Below are positions 18,955 to 29,463 of a DNA stretch of 64,000 nt, piece by piece. How positions within the stretch are numbered: the stretch's first letter is position 1; every line of letters starts with the position of its first letter. Under the pieces are notes generated by a model. That model saw only the letters and a list, made by a program, of their open reading frames with translations, was not told the origin of the DNA and searched no databases. The translations under genes were made by a program, and so were the position numbers. Origin of the DNA: Arcobacteraceae bacterium (lineage in GTDB: Bacteria > Campylobacterota > Campylobacteria > Campylobacterales > Arcobacteraceae); assembly GCA_965224485.1 (NCBI GenBank), contig CBDCZH010000010.1:64001-128000 (forward strand). Direction: 5' to 3'.

Positions 18955-21651
18955 ATGAGCGAAAAATATGAACCATCAAAAATAGAAGATAAGTACTATA
19001 AAATCTGGGAAGATAGAGGTTATTTTGAAATTGAAGGTAATAAATCAATTCAAGAAAAAACCAAAAGTGGAAAAGCAAAAACTTTTAGCATAATGATGCC
19101 ACCACCAAATGTAACAGGATCTTTACATATAGGTCATGCTTTAACATTTACACTTCAAGATATAATAACTAGATATAAAAGAATGGATGGTTATAAAACT
19201 TTATGGCAACCAGGAACTGACCATGCTGGAATTGCTACTCAAAATATTGTAGAAAAACAATTACTTGCAGAAGGAACTAGTAAAGATGAACTAGGACGTG
19301 AGGGTTTTTTAAAACGTGCATGGAAGCAAAAAGAAGTAAGTGGCGGAAATATTGTTCACCAAATGAGAAAATTAGGAGTTACTCCTGCTTGGAAGCGTGA
19401 GCGATTTACTATGGATGAGGGTTTAAAAGAAGCTGTTAAAGAAGCTTTTGTATCTTTATACAACGAAGGTCAAATTTCTCAAAATACTTATATGGTTAAC
19501 TGGTGTACACATGATGGAGCTTTGAGTGATATTGAAGTTGAACATGAAGAAGTTGCTGGTAAATTTTATACTATGGTTTATAAGTTTGCAGATGGTAGCG
19601 GTGAAATTGAAGTAGCAACAACTAGACCTGAAACGTATTTTGGTGATAGTGCAATTATGGTTCATCCAGATGATTCAAGATTTACTTCTATTGTGGGTAA
19701 AGAAGTATTATTACCACTTACAAATAGAAAAATTAAGATTATTACTGATTCTCATGTTGATATGGAATTTGGAACTGGTTTAGTTAAAGTTACACCCGCT
19801 CATGATCAAAACGATTATGAAGTAGGGAAGAGACATGATTTAGAATTTATTACAGTTTTTGATGAAAAAGGTATTTTAAATGATTATGCTGGTGAATTTG
19901 CAGGTTTAGAGCGACTTGAAGCTAGAGAAATAATTGTAAAAAAACTTCAAACTGAAGGTTATATTACTAAAATCGAAGATCATGTTCATCAAGTAGGGCA
20001 TTGTTATAGATGTAAAAATATTGTTGAACCTTTTATTTCTCAACAATGGTTCTTAAGCAATGAAATGGCACAAAATTCAATTGATAAAACAAAGAGTGAA
20101 ACAAAAGATAGAAAAAAAGATAACTCTTCTTTATTTCACCCAGCTCATTGGATTAATTCATATACTGCGTGGATGGATGAGTTAAGACCTTGGTGTATAT
20201 CAAGACAGTTATGGTGGGGTCATAGAATTCCTGTATTTACTTGTAATGATGAAAAATGTAATCATCAATGGGCTGATAAAGCTGATGAGCCAGAAGCTTG
20301 TCCTAAATGTTCTTCTACGAACTATACTCAAGATCCAGATGTTTTAGATACTTGGTTCTCATCTGCCCTGTGGGCTATGTCACCATTGGGTTGGGGAAAC
20401 AAAGGTAAATTAGAAGATTTATATAATGCCCAAGATGAAGAAGACTTCTATCCAAACTCCTTACTTATTACTGGTTTTGATATTATGTTTTTCTGGGTAG
20501 CTAGAATGATGATGATGGGTGAACACTTTAAAAAAGAGTTACCATTTAAAGATATTTATATGCATGCTTTAGTTCGAGATGAAAGTGGTGCTAAAATGTC
20601 TAAATCAAAAGGTAATGTAATTGATCCTTTAGATATGGTAAGTGAATTCTCAGCTGATATTGTTAGATTCTCTTTATGTTATTTAGCAGTTCAAGGTAGA
20701 GATATTAAATTAGGTAAAAAACACCTAGACTTATATAGAAACTTTACTAATAAATTCTATAATGCAGCTAATTTCTTTATTATGAATTTAGAGAATTTAA
20801 ATGAAGCTAATGGTACAAACTTACCAATTGTATTCTCTGATTTAAAAGATGTGGAAATTAAAACAGCCTTAGGTAAATATATGCTTTCTAAATTAGCAAG
20901 AGCTACACAAGAAGTAAGAGTAAATTTAGATACTTATAAATTTAATGAAGCAGCCGCTTCTTTATATAGATTTATTTGGAATGAATTTTGTGATTGGGGA
21001 ATTGAGTACTCAAAAGCTTCAAAAGATTCATTGTTCGAGCTTGCTGCTATTTTCAAAGAAGCATTAAAACTTAGTTCACCATTTATGCCATTTATTTCTG
21101 AGTATTTATACCAAAAATTATCAGGAACTTCATTAGAAGATAGTGAATCAATTATGGTTATGAATTTCCCAAGAGATTTAAAAGAAGATAAAGAAGTTGA
21201 AGCAATTTTCGCAATTATTGAAGAAGCTATTACTTCTGTTAGAAGAGCAAAAGTAATTATTGATATGGGAAATAGTAAAATAGCTAAAGCATATATTAAA
21301 CTTGATGTTAATATTGATAAAGAGGTGGCACGTCCATTTATTGAAAAACTAGCTAAAGTTGAACGAATTGAATTTGTTGACTCTAAAGTTGAAAACTCAA
21401 TTACTGATGTATCTAGCAATGTTGAAGTATATTTACCAACTTCTGAAATTGATATGAGTCCTATTATTGATAAACTTAATAAGCAAAGCCTTAAAGTTCA
21501 AAAAGAGTTTGATAAATTAACTAATATGTTAGGAAATGAAAGATTTGTAGCAAATGCACCTGCTGAGGTTATACTTGCTAATAAAAAAGCCTTAGAAGAA
21601 GCTAGCAATAAATTAGAAAAAATTAAAAATGAATTAAGCTTAATTTCTTAA
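18955..21651 (+). CDS. valS: Valine--tRNA ligase
   Basis: PPPNVTGSLHIGH, WCISRQLWWGH, DTWFSS, KMSKS, C-terminal coiled coil. Confidence 0.98.
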   Translation: MSEKYEPSKIEDKYYKIWEDRGYFEIEGNKSIQEKTKSGKAKTFSIMMPPPNVTGSLHIGHALTFTLQDIITRYKRMDGYKTLWQPGTDHAGIATQNIVEKQLLAEGTSKDELGREGFLKRAWKQKEVSGGNIVHQMRKLGVTPAWKRERFTMDEGLKEAVKEAFVSLYNEGQISQNTYMVNWCTHDGALSDIEVEHEEVAGKFYTMVYKFADGSGEIEVATTRPETYFGDSAIMVHPDDSRFTSIVGKEVLLPLTNRKIKIITDSHVDMEFGTGLVKVTPAHDQNDYEVGKRHDLEFITVFDEKGILNDYAGEFAGLERLEAREIIVKKLQTEGYITKIEDHVHQVGHCYRCKNIVEPFISQQWFLSNEMAQNSIDKTKSETKDRKKDNSSLFHPAHWINSYTAWMDELRPWCISRQLWWGHRIPVFTCNDEKCNHQWADKADEPEACPKCSSTNYTQDPDVLDTWFSSALWAMSPLGWGNKGKLEDLYNAQDEEDFYPNSLLITGFDIMFFWVARMMMMGEHFKKELPFKDIYMHALVRDESGAKMSKSKGNVIDPLDMVSEFSADIVRFSLCYLAVQGRDIKLGKKHLDLYRNFTNKFYNAANFFIMNLENLNEANGTNLPIVFSDLKDVEIKTALGKYMLSKLARATQEVRVNLDTYKFNEAAASLYRFIWNEFCDWGIEYSKASKDSLFELAAIFKEALKLSSPFMPFISEYLYQKLSGTSLEDSESIMVMNFPRDLKEDKEVEAIFAIIEEAITSVRRAKVIIDMGNSKIAKAYIKLDVNIDKEVARPFIEKLAKVERIEFVDSKVENSITDVSSNVEVYLPTSEIDMSPIIDKLNKQSLKVQKEFDKLTNMLGNERFVANAPAEVILANKKALEEASNKLEKIKNELSLIS

Positions 21652-21667
21652 TTTTATAATTACTTAT

Positions 21668-21700
21668 AAGTTCATTTCTTTTAAAAGAGATGAACTTTAT
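21668..21700 (+). terminator. valS intrinsic terminator
   Basis: AAGTTCATTTCTTT / AAAGAGATGAACTT stem followed by T-rich tract. Confidence 0.75.
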
Positions 21701-21793
21701 TTTGCCTTTTATCACATTAAAATCAATATCAAAATTATTTTATTTTAACTTTAAAATAGATAAGATACTCCTAGAAATAATTAAGGATTTAAT

Positions 21794-22534
21794 ATTAATA
21801 TAACTAACAATCTTGAAACTAGTACTTATACGAATAATGATTCAAAAGTTACTGAAAGAAAAAAAACACAAGAAAGTAGTTTTGAAATACTCTTAAAAGA
21901 AGAAAATATTACTGAAGAAAGCAAAAAAAGAAGTATAAATTATTTTTTAGATAAACATGATGTTTATTCTTCTTTAGGAATATCAAAAAAAGATGAAATA
22001 TTATATAAAGAGATTCTAAAAGATGGTATTTTAACTGTAAATGAATTAAAATCTCTTCCATATGAAAAAGTTAAAAACTTGCATCATTTGGTATTTCCAA
22101 TTTCTTTGCCTGAAGAAACACTTGGCGAAATGCCTCTTTTCAAATCAGATAACTTCTCCCAAGTACTGGATATGATGTTTACAATAACAATGACACCAAA
22201 TGTAAACTTTAATCAATCACTTTTTGATACCTTAGGAAATATAGAGTCCAAAGATGTTAGACAATCTCTTATAGGTTCATTTAATAAAATTGATTCTAAT
22301 ATGCTAAGAGTAAAAGTTGATCCTATTACTAAAGTAGTTTCAAAAATAGATATTGACTATACTTTTATTGATTATGATTTATTGCTTGAAAATATTATTA
22401 AAAATAGTTTAGCTTATATTAATGACATTTTAACTTCCCCAAAAGATAAAATTAAAGCTAAAGCAGTACATGAAGAATATATAAATTTTTATAATAACTA
22501 TAATAATATGATAAAAGAATCTATTACTACTTAA
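21794..22534 (+). CDS. Hypothetical protein (246 aa if initiated at ATT 21794)
   Basis: Frame open 95 codons upstream of the track TTG (22079) back to TAA at 21782; AAGGA 6 nt before ATT-AAT-ATA. Confidence 0.65.
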   Translation: MNITNNLETSTYTNNDSKVTERKKTQESSFEILLKEENITEESKKRSINYFLDKHDVYSSLGISKKDEILYKEILKDGILTVNELKSLPYEKVKNLHHLVFPISLPEETLGEMPLFKSDNFSQVLDMMFTITMTPNVNFNQSLFDTLGNIESKDVRQSLIGSFNKIDSNMLRVKVDPITKVVSKIDIDYTFIDYDLLLENIIKNSLAYINDILTSPKDKIKAKAVHEEYINFYNNYNNMIKESITT

Positions 22535-22579
22535 GTGACTTATTAGTAGTATATTAAAAAAAGAGTAAGAAGGATTAAG

Positions 22580-23350
22580 ATGAGGTCAATTTTTTTATTT
22601 ATAAGTACAGTTTCTTTGATGTTTTTATTTACAGCTTGTTTACCAAAACAAAATGAAGTAGAAAGTTTTTTTCAAAGTGATTCTGCTTCTAATATTAAAA
22701 ATAATTATAAAGATTCAGTAAAACTTCTTTTATCTTTAAAAAGTAAACTTGATAAAAGAAATCCCAGTGCATTTAACAAGAATATAGAAAATAAAATATA
22801 TACAAGTATAAATAACTTAGATAAAAACACGAAGTTAAAGTTTAATAATAAAGATTTAACTACTTACAAAGAGTACCTACAATTAGCTTTTTCTAAAAGT
22901 AAAATAGAAAATAGAAATGATTATTTGATTTTAGGTTTATATTATTTGATATATGATTTATATGAAATAAAAGATGGACATCAGATTACTTCTTATGCTT
23001 ATGATAGTTCAAAAATAAAAAAAATATATTATAACCTTCAAGTAATAAAATGGAAAATAAAAACTGCAAAAGATTTAGACTCAAACTACTTATTTTTAAC
23101 TTGGCAAAATAATTGGCAAGTTCAATTAGCTAAAAAGTTAAAAGCTGGTGCAAAATTAGAAGATATAGAGTTAAATAACTTAGAATATATAAAAAATAAA
23201 AAAGAAACACTTCTTTCTTATTCAAATTTTTCTTATGAAGTTGTATTAACTCAAATGCTTGATAGAACTAAACATTCTTTAGAAATTTTAAATGTAAGTA
23301 TTAGTGAAATGAGTTTAGATGCTATAAAAGCAGTTTTCTTATTTTTATAA
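22580..23350 (+). CDS. Hypothetical lipoprotein
   Basis: Signal peptide with FTAC lipobox; AAGGA SD; TWQNNWQ motif. Confidence 0.75.
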   Translation: MRSIFLFISTVSLMFLFTACLPKQNEVESFFQSDSASNIKNNYKDSVKLLLSLKSKLDKRNPSAFNKNIENKIYTSINNLDKNTKLKFNNKDLTTYKEYLQLAFSKSKIENRNDYLILGLYYLIYDLYEIKDGHQITSYAYDSSKIKKIYYNLQVIKWKIKTAKDLDSNYLFLTWQNNWQVQLAKKLKAGAKLEDIELNNLEYIKNKKETLLSYSNFSYEVVLTQMLDRTKHSLEILNVSISEMSLDAIKAVFLFL

Positions 23351-23353
23351 GTT

Positions 23354-23376
23354 AAGTGCTTTTTTTAAAAGCACTT
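23354..23376. terminator. Hairpin between convergent genes
   Basis: AAGTGCTTTT-TTT-AAAAGCACTT. Confidence 0.65.
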
Positions 23377-26300
23377 ATTTTAAGTTATTTGAAAAAGAGT
23401 ATAAAACTGGAATATAAATAAGATTTAAAACTGTTCCCCAAGCAAGTCCAAAACCAATAGCAATTGCCATTGGTTGAAAGATTACAGCTTCTGCTGTTGG
23501 GAAGAAGATAAGTGAAGATAAACCAACTATTGTAGTTATTGTTGTTAAAATAATTGGTCTAAATCTTTTTGCAGAATATTTAAATACATCTTCAATATTT
23601 TTAGACTTCTTTAAAAAAGTCATCATAATAATTCCATCGTTTATTACAATACCAGATAAACCTAAGGCTCCAACAATTCCTGGCATAGTTAGATTTAAAT
23701 CCATTAGAAAATGACCTAGTAAAACACCTAAGAAAGAAAAAGGGATTACTGACATTACTATAAAGGTATTTTTAAAAGAGTTAAATAAATACAATAAACA
23801 AAGCATTATTAGAACTAAAGCAATAGCAGTTGCACTTAACATATCTGTTTTAAGAGCTTCTTTTTTCTCTTCTTCACCTTTAAACAATAAAGTAATATTA
23901 TCTTTTTTTGCATCATCTAAAAGTGGCTGTATTATTTTTATTATCTCACTAGAAGTTATAATTTTTGTATCAGTATTTGCAGATAAGAAAAAGTTAACTA
24001 CTCCTTCATCTTTTGTAAGTTTTTCAAAAGATTTAATTATTCTGAACTCTACTACTTCTTTTAATCTAACTAAACTTCCATTATTTAAAGGAATTTCAAG
24101 ATTTTTAAAATTATTTAAATCATCTTTATTAGAAGATTGTATTTTAATATCTAACATTCCTTGTTCATCAAAAGATCTAGCTTTTTTCTTTTCCATATAA
24201 AGATTTGATAAAAAACTTCCAATATAAGCTTCACTTAAACCAAGACTTTCACCATATTTATTAACTTTTATTTTAATTTCGTCAATACCAAAATTAGCAC
24301 TATGTGAAACACTTTTTATTCCTTTAATGCTTTTAAGTTTATTTTCTACTAAAATAATATGTTCTAAAGCTTTATAATAATCTTTTGATGAAAAACCAAT
24401 TTTTATATCAGATTTAACTGGTCCTACTTTTTTTTCTCTCATTGCTATTTCAAGTAGATTGTACTTTTTCTTATAATTTTTATTTTTTAACCAAATACTT
24501 AGTTCTTTTGATATTTCAAAAGACTTTTTGTCTCTGATTCTTCCTTCTTTTTCATAATAAAAACTTAAATTTGGAGTGATATACTTATCTATAAAATTAC
24601 TAGCTTTTACCTTATGTAATTCTAGAGTTATATACATAGAATAAGGATAACTTTCTGAATTTCCACCTGTATCTACTCTACTTCCTGCAACAGAAGAAAT
24701 AGTTTTAATAAAAAATCTATCTTTTTCTTTAAATAAATCACGCTCAATTTCTTGAACAATACGAAAAGAGTCTTCAATAGAAGTACTACTATTTGCTTTC
24801 ATTGTAATATTTAATTTTGATGAATCAAATCTTGGAAACATTTGAAATCTTGAAGCTTGTAAGCATAAAATAATTAATATTGGAACTAAAACTATAAAAA
24901 TTGTTAAAAAACTTTTTTTCCATCTCATACAAAAATGGATTACTTCACTATAAATATTATTAACCTTATCCCATGATAAAACCTTATCACTAGCTTTTAA
25001 TGTATGAGCTGCATGAATTGGTAAGAATAAAAATGATTCAATTAAAGAAGCAATTATTAAAGCAGAAAAAGCAATAGGAATTAGTTTCATAACTTCTCCC
25101 ATAGTTCCACTAATCATCAAAATAGGAGCAAAAGATATCAAAGTAGTAATTGAGGCTATAATAACTGGTTTAGCCATCTCTTTGGCTCCTAGAATAGCTG
25201 CATCTTTTGGATTCATTCCTTCTTCTATATGTTGTTGTATATTTTCTGAAACAACAATAGCATCATCTACAACAATACCTAAAGCCAATAAAACACCAAC
25301 AAGAGATATCATATTTATTGTATAACCAAAGGCATAAAAATAAATAGCTCCCATAACAAAAGAAGTAGGAATACCAATAGCAATTACTAAAGCCATTCTT
25401 TTATTAATTAAAAGTGTAACTAATAAAGTTATTAAAATAAGACCTAATAATATATTTGAGATTACTATATTTAATCTATCTTTGATTCTTATAGAATTAT
25501 CATCTCGTAAAATAAGTGTAACGTTTTTATATTTTTTTTGTAATTTACTTATTAAGAGATTAACTTCTTTTGATATAACAATAGCAGAACCCTTGTCATT
25601 CATCTTAATTCGTAAATTTAGAGCACTTTTTCCATCAATTGAAAAAAGTGTTGAACTTTTTGCATATTTTTTATCTATTGTAGCAATGTCTTTTAAGTAA
25701 AAACTTTGATTTTTTATAGTGATTAACGAATTTTTAAACTCTTCTTTTGTTTTAGCACCATTATAGGTTGATAAAAAAAAGTGTTTTTCTCCTTCTATTT
25801 TTCCTAAAGGAAAGATATAAGACAAGTTTGAAATACTTGCATAAACTTCATTTTTAGATATACCATATGCTTGTACTTTCTTTTCATCAATAAGTACTTC
25901 ATAAAATTTATTAGAATCTCCAAATATTGAGACCTCTGAAATATTACTAAGATCTAAAATTGAATCTTTTACATCATTTGCTAAATCTTTTAAGTCTTTA
26001 CTGTTTAAAGTATTGCTTAAAATTGAGAGTTCAATTAAATCTCTTTTAATTTCTATAACATTAACAGAAGGTTCATCCATATCAGATGGCAAGTCTGCTT
26101 TTATTAAAGAAACGGCATCTTTTATTTTATTTGCTAAATTATATCTGTTTTGATTTTTTTCAAGTTCTAAAATAATTACAAATGAACTTGGACTTATAAT
26201 TGATGAAATTGTATCAATACCATCAATGTTTTTGATATTATCTTCTATTTCATTTACAGCCATTTTATTTAATAAATCAACACTAGCCCCTACGTAAGAG

Positions 26301-26452
26301 CCTTTTATTGAAATCATATCCAAATCAAAATTTGGAAATATCTCTTTTGGAAGTTTTACATAAGAATATATTCCAAGAGCGAATATTAAACAAAACAATG
26401 CATAATTCATTTTAGAATTATCAATAAAGAATTTTATTATATTATTAAACAT
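23375..26452 (-). CDS. RND (AcrB/AcrD/AcrF family) efflux permease
   Basis: 1025 aa; GIVVDDAIVVSENI, GIVINDGI, RFRPIILTT. Confidence 0.92.
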   Translation of the reverse strand: MFNNIIKFFIDNSKMNYALFCLIFALGIYSYVKLPKEIFPNFDLDMISIKGSYVGASVDLLNKMAVNEIEDNIKNIDGIDTISSIISPSSFVIILELEKNQNRYNLANKIKDAVSLIKADLPSDMDEPSVNVIEIKRDLIELSILSNTLNSKDLKDLANDVKDSILDLSNISEVSIFGDSNKFYEVLIDEKKVQAYGISKNEVYASISNLSYIFPLGKIEGEKHFFLSTYNGAKTKEEFKNSLITIKNQSFYLKDIATIDKKYAKSSTLFSIDGKSALNLRIKMNDKGSAIVISKEVNLLISKLQKKYKNVTLILRDDNSIRIKDRLNIVISNILLGLILITLLVTLLINKRMALVIAIGIPTSFVMGAIYFYAFGYTINMISLVGVLLALGIVVDDAIVVSENIQQHIEEGMNPKDAAILGAKEMAKPVIIASITTLISFAPILMISGTMGEVMKLIPIAFSALIIASLIESFLFLPIHAAHTLKASDKVLSWDKVNNIYSEVIHFCMRWKKSFLTIFIVLVPILIILCLQASRFQMFPRFDSSKLNITMKANSSTSIEDSFRIVQEIERDLFKEKDRFFIKTISSVAGSRVDTGGNSESYPYSMYITLELHKVKASNFIDKYITPNLSFYYEKEGRIRDKKSFEISKELSIWLKNKNYKKKYNLLEIAMREKKVGPVKSDIKIGFSSKDYYKALEHIILVENKLKSIKGIKSVSHSANFGIDEIKIKVNKYGESLGLSEAYIGSFLSNLYMEKKKARSFDEQGMLDIKIQSSNKDDLNNFKNLEIPLNNGSLVRLKEVVEFRIIKSFEKLTKDEGVVNFFLSANTDTKIITSSEIIKIIQPLLDDAKKDNITLLFKGEEEKKEALKTDMLSATAIALVLIMLCLLYLFNSFKNTFIVMSVIPFSFLGVLLGHFLMDLNLTMPGIVGALGLSGIVINDGIIMMTFLKKSKNIEDVFKYSAKRFRPIILTTITTIVGLSSLIFFPTAEAVIFQPMAIAIGFGLAWGTVLNLIYIPVLYSFSNNLK

Positions 26453-26533
26453 TTATTAGCCTATAAGTTGATTAACAATTATAATTAATTATTATTAATA
26501 AAGTATTAACAAATACTAAAACAGAGCTTATAT

Positions 26534-28747
26534 CTACCTACTTGCAGCATAAATATTTATTCTTTTTATTTCCTTATAATCTTCTTTTTCTTTTACATTT
26601 TCTGCAAATATTTTTATATTTAATAAATCACATAAATCCTGCATTGATTCAATAAATACTTTCTTTCCTTCATCTTTATAAATTCCATTAGTATAATCTC
26701 TTGATAATCTAATATAATTAAGATTTAATTCTTTAATTGTATCAAGTGGAATAAATTTTGATTCAAATCTTTTAATAAGTATTTTTGAATTATTTTTATG
26801 TACTAAAGAAGCAAAGCTTTGAAACTTTTTAATATCTTTAGCAACAGCATAACTTGGCATAGAAAATACTATTTGAGAAGTGATATGTTTATTTTGACTT
26901 AAAATTTCTTCTAACCATATATTAAAACTTGAGTGTTGAATTGAATCTTGTGAAATATTAATTGAAATCTCATGAGTAATATTACTTTGTTTTATATATT
27001 TAAGTACTTTTTGAATAACTGCTTTGTCAAGATCAACTATTTTATTGTATTTTTCAGCAATAGATATAAACGTTCCTATTTGTATAAGTTCTTTATTCTT
27101 ATCAAATGCTTGAGTAAAAGCTTCTTGCATAACTAAAGAAGAATTATCTTCTAAGGTATGGGCATCCCCAATATATGTAAGTTGGAATTTTAAATTATCA
27201 ACAATATCAAAAATAAGTTCTTTCCAGTCATCCATATCTCTTGAAGTATCTTGTTCATCCATAATATAAGCTGAGTTAGGACCTATTTGTTTAGCTGCCT
27301 CACAAGCTTCATTTGAAGCTAGTAGCATCTGAGGTATAGTTTTAGTTGGATTAAAATTACAAACACCAATATGGGCAATATTACTAGAGTGGCTCTCTTT
27401 ACTAAATTTTTCAAACTCTTTTTGTAAGTATTTGTTTAAATTAGTTATTTGCTCTTTTGTACAATTTTTAACTAACATTGCAAACTCTGAACCAAAAAAT
27501 CTATATGGTAAAACTTCTACATCTATACAAGAATTAGTTTTGCTTAAAATATTTGCAAACTCTTTTATAAAAACATCTACTTTTTCACTTCCATGATCTT
27601 TTGCATAAGCAGCTAAAGAGTGCATTTTGATATTTAAAATATAACCATTTGTTTTTAACATAAACATATGATTTAAATCAGTTTCAAATGTTTGCTTAAG
27701 TTCTAAACCAGTTAGTTCATCACAAGATATTTTTTTAGACATATTATTTATATTAGAATTTAATTTTTTAATCATGCCTTCAATCTTTATTGACATTTCA
27801 TTCATAGATATTGCAACATTTTTAATTTCAGTAGTATAAGGTAACTTCTTTATAGTGGAAAAATTACCTTTTGAGATATTTATTGCTAGAGTTTCTATAT
27901 TTTTTAGTGGTTTTAAAATATATTGCAAGAAAAAAACTAAAAATAGTATAGAAATTACAAATGCTAATAGGGCATAAAGTAAAGCTGCTTTTGCTTGTTC
28001 ATAAAGTTTTGCATAAGCATCTCCTGCATTAGCAGATACATAAATAATAGAACTAGTATTCCAACCATCAGAAATCTCACTGTTTTTTTCAATCATTGTA
28101 AGAGGAAAAAGATCAATAAACCATTGTGGAATATAATCAAACTTTTCATTTCTAGAAACTTTTACTAAAATCTTAGACATATTTAATAAAACTTGTTTTT
28201 TTAATACAAGATTATCAGCACTTGCAATAAAATCAATTTTTATCAAACCTTCTTTAAAGTTTTCATCTTTAGGAATAAAATTGTAGGTAATTATTTGACT
28301 ATTTGAACTTATAATTTCACTATCTTGTGTATCATTAAGTTCTTCTAATTCTTTAAAAATATCTTCACTTTCATTAAGGAGTTCAATTTTACCTATATTT
28401 TTACTTACATTTAATTTGGATATTACCCATGATTTATCATCATTTAATAAGGCTTTTTGAAGTAATTCTTCACTTGTAAAAGAAAAATCAATATCTTCTA
28501 ATCTAATTTCTTTGTAAAAACCTCTGTTTGCAATTGCTTTTATTATTGATTCAATTTCAAAATCTTTTTTATTCTTCATTAAAGATTTTAAACTCATTCC
28601 TAAAGATGTTGCTGTATCTTGTGCTTTTGTTGTTGACTCAATTTGTAAGTATTCTTTTGTATTTTGCATTGAAATTATAAAATTTCCTGTAAAAATCATT
28701 ACAAAGATAAATGATATTATTATATATAATTGTTTTGCCAAAGACAT
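26534..28747 (-). CDS. lapD: LapD-like c-di-GMP receptor (LapD/MoxY periplasmic, HAMP, degenerate GGDEF-EAL)
   Basis: MSLAKQL, AQDTATSLG, PQWF, GW motif; degenerate FGSEF and QEAF; downstream of lapG. Confidence 0.88.
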   Translation of the reverse strand: MSLAKQLYIIISFIFVMIFTGNFIISMQNTKEYLQIESTTKAQDTATSLGMSLKSLMKNKKDFEIESIIKAIANRGFYKEIRLEDIDFSFTSEELLQKALLNDDKSWVISKLNVSKNIGKIELLNESEDIFKELEELNDTQDSEIISSNSQIITYNFIPKDENFKEGLIKIDFIASADNLVLKKQVLLNMSKILVKVSRNEKFDYIPQWFIDLFPLTMIEKNSEISDGWNTSSIIYVSANAGDAYAKLYEQAKAALLYALLAFVISILFLVFFLQYILKPLKNIETLAINISKGNFSTIKKLPYTTEIKNVAISMNEMSIKIEGMIKKLNSNINNMSKKISCDELTGLELKQTFETDLNHMFMLKTNGYILNIKMHSLAAYAKDHGSEKVDVFIKEFANILSKTNSCIDVEVLPYRFFGSEFAMLVKNCTKEQITNLNKYLQKEFEKFSKESHSSNIAHIGVCNFNPTKTIPQMLLASNEACEAAKQIGPNSAYIMDEQDTSRDMDDWKELIFDIVDNLKFQLTYIGDAHTLEDNSSLVMQEAFTQAFDKNKELIQIGTFISIAEKYNKIVDLDKAVIQKVLKYIKQSNITHEISINISQDSIQHSSFNIWLEEILSQNKHITSQIVFSMPSYAVAKDIKKFQSFASLVHKNNSKILIKRFESKFIPLDTIKELNLNYIRLSRDYTNGIYKDEGKKVFIESMQDLCDLLNIKIFAENVKEKEDYKEIKRINIYAASR

Positions 28748-28756
28748 GTTTTCTCC

Positions 28757-29404
28757 TTAAATTCTATTCATAAGATCTTTCCAAGATCTTAAATTATTTC
28801 TACCAATTTTGATAGAACTCTTACCTTTATTCTTAGCTTTCCATAAACCTGTTGCATTAAAACTATAAACTGGTTTTAAATCTTTTCTTTTTGTTGCTAG
28901 TTTTAACTTTTTATTAACATTATCTAAAACAATTGGGGTTGAGTTTGCTTTGTGATAATAAGTTAATACCATATGTGCTTGTTCATATTTTGTTCTTTTT
29001 TGTAATAGTTTTACATAAGTAATACGAAGTTTCTTATCTGGTATACCTAACTCTCTTAAAGTAAAGTATTTAGCAATAGCATAATCTTCACAATCTCCAG
29101 CTCCTGTTCCTAAAAACTCAAAAGGAGAAGCCCAATAATCTTTTTTTTTCCAGTGTTTTATATCTCTTTTGTATTTTATCTTATTAAAGAAATTATTTAC
29201 TGTTTTTAACTTTTCTAGGGTTGATTTGTCTTTTGTAGTTTGTAAAATTTTATCCCAAATTAAAATTCTTTTTTTAGCTTGAGGACCATATTTTTTACTA
29301 AAAGAGTTTAGTTTTTTTTGTGATATATTAAATGTTCTTTTTGCGCCTAGAGAAGAGATGAATATAGATATTATTATGGCACATATAAAAACTCTAAGTT
29401 TCAT
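28757..29404 (-). CDS. lapG: LapG-like periplasmic transglutaminase-like cysteine protease
   Basis: Signal peptide; DYWASP, GDCEDYAIAKY, HMVL, LDN triad; PVYSFN. Confidence 0.92.
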   Translation of the reverse strand: MKLRVFICAIIISIFISSLGAKRTFNISQKKLNSFSKKYGPQAKKRILIWDKILQTTKDKSTLEKLKTVNNFFNKIKYKRDIKHWKKKDYWASPFEFLGTGAGDCEDYAIAKYFTLRELGIPDKKLRITYVKLLQKRTKYEQAHMVLTYYHKANSTPIVLDNVNKKLKLATKRKDLKPVYSFNATGLWKAKNKGKSSIKIGRNNLRSWKDLMNRI

Positions 29405-29426
29405 ATAAACATCCTATTGTAAGAAA

Positions 29427-29453
29427 ACTAGTAAGACTTTAAGTCTTACTAGT
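29427..29453 (-). terminator. Hairpin downstream of MFS gene
   Basis: ACTAGTAAGACTT-T-AAGTCTTACTAGT inverted repeat followed by TTT on the minus strand. Confidence 0.7.
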
Positions 29454-29463
29454 ATATTTAAAA

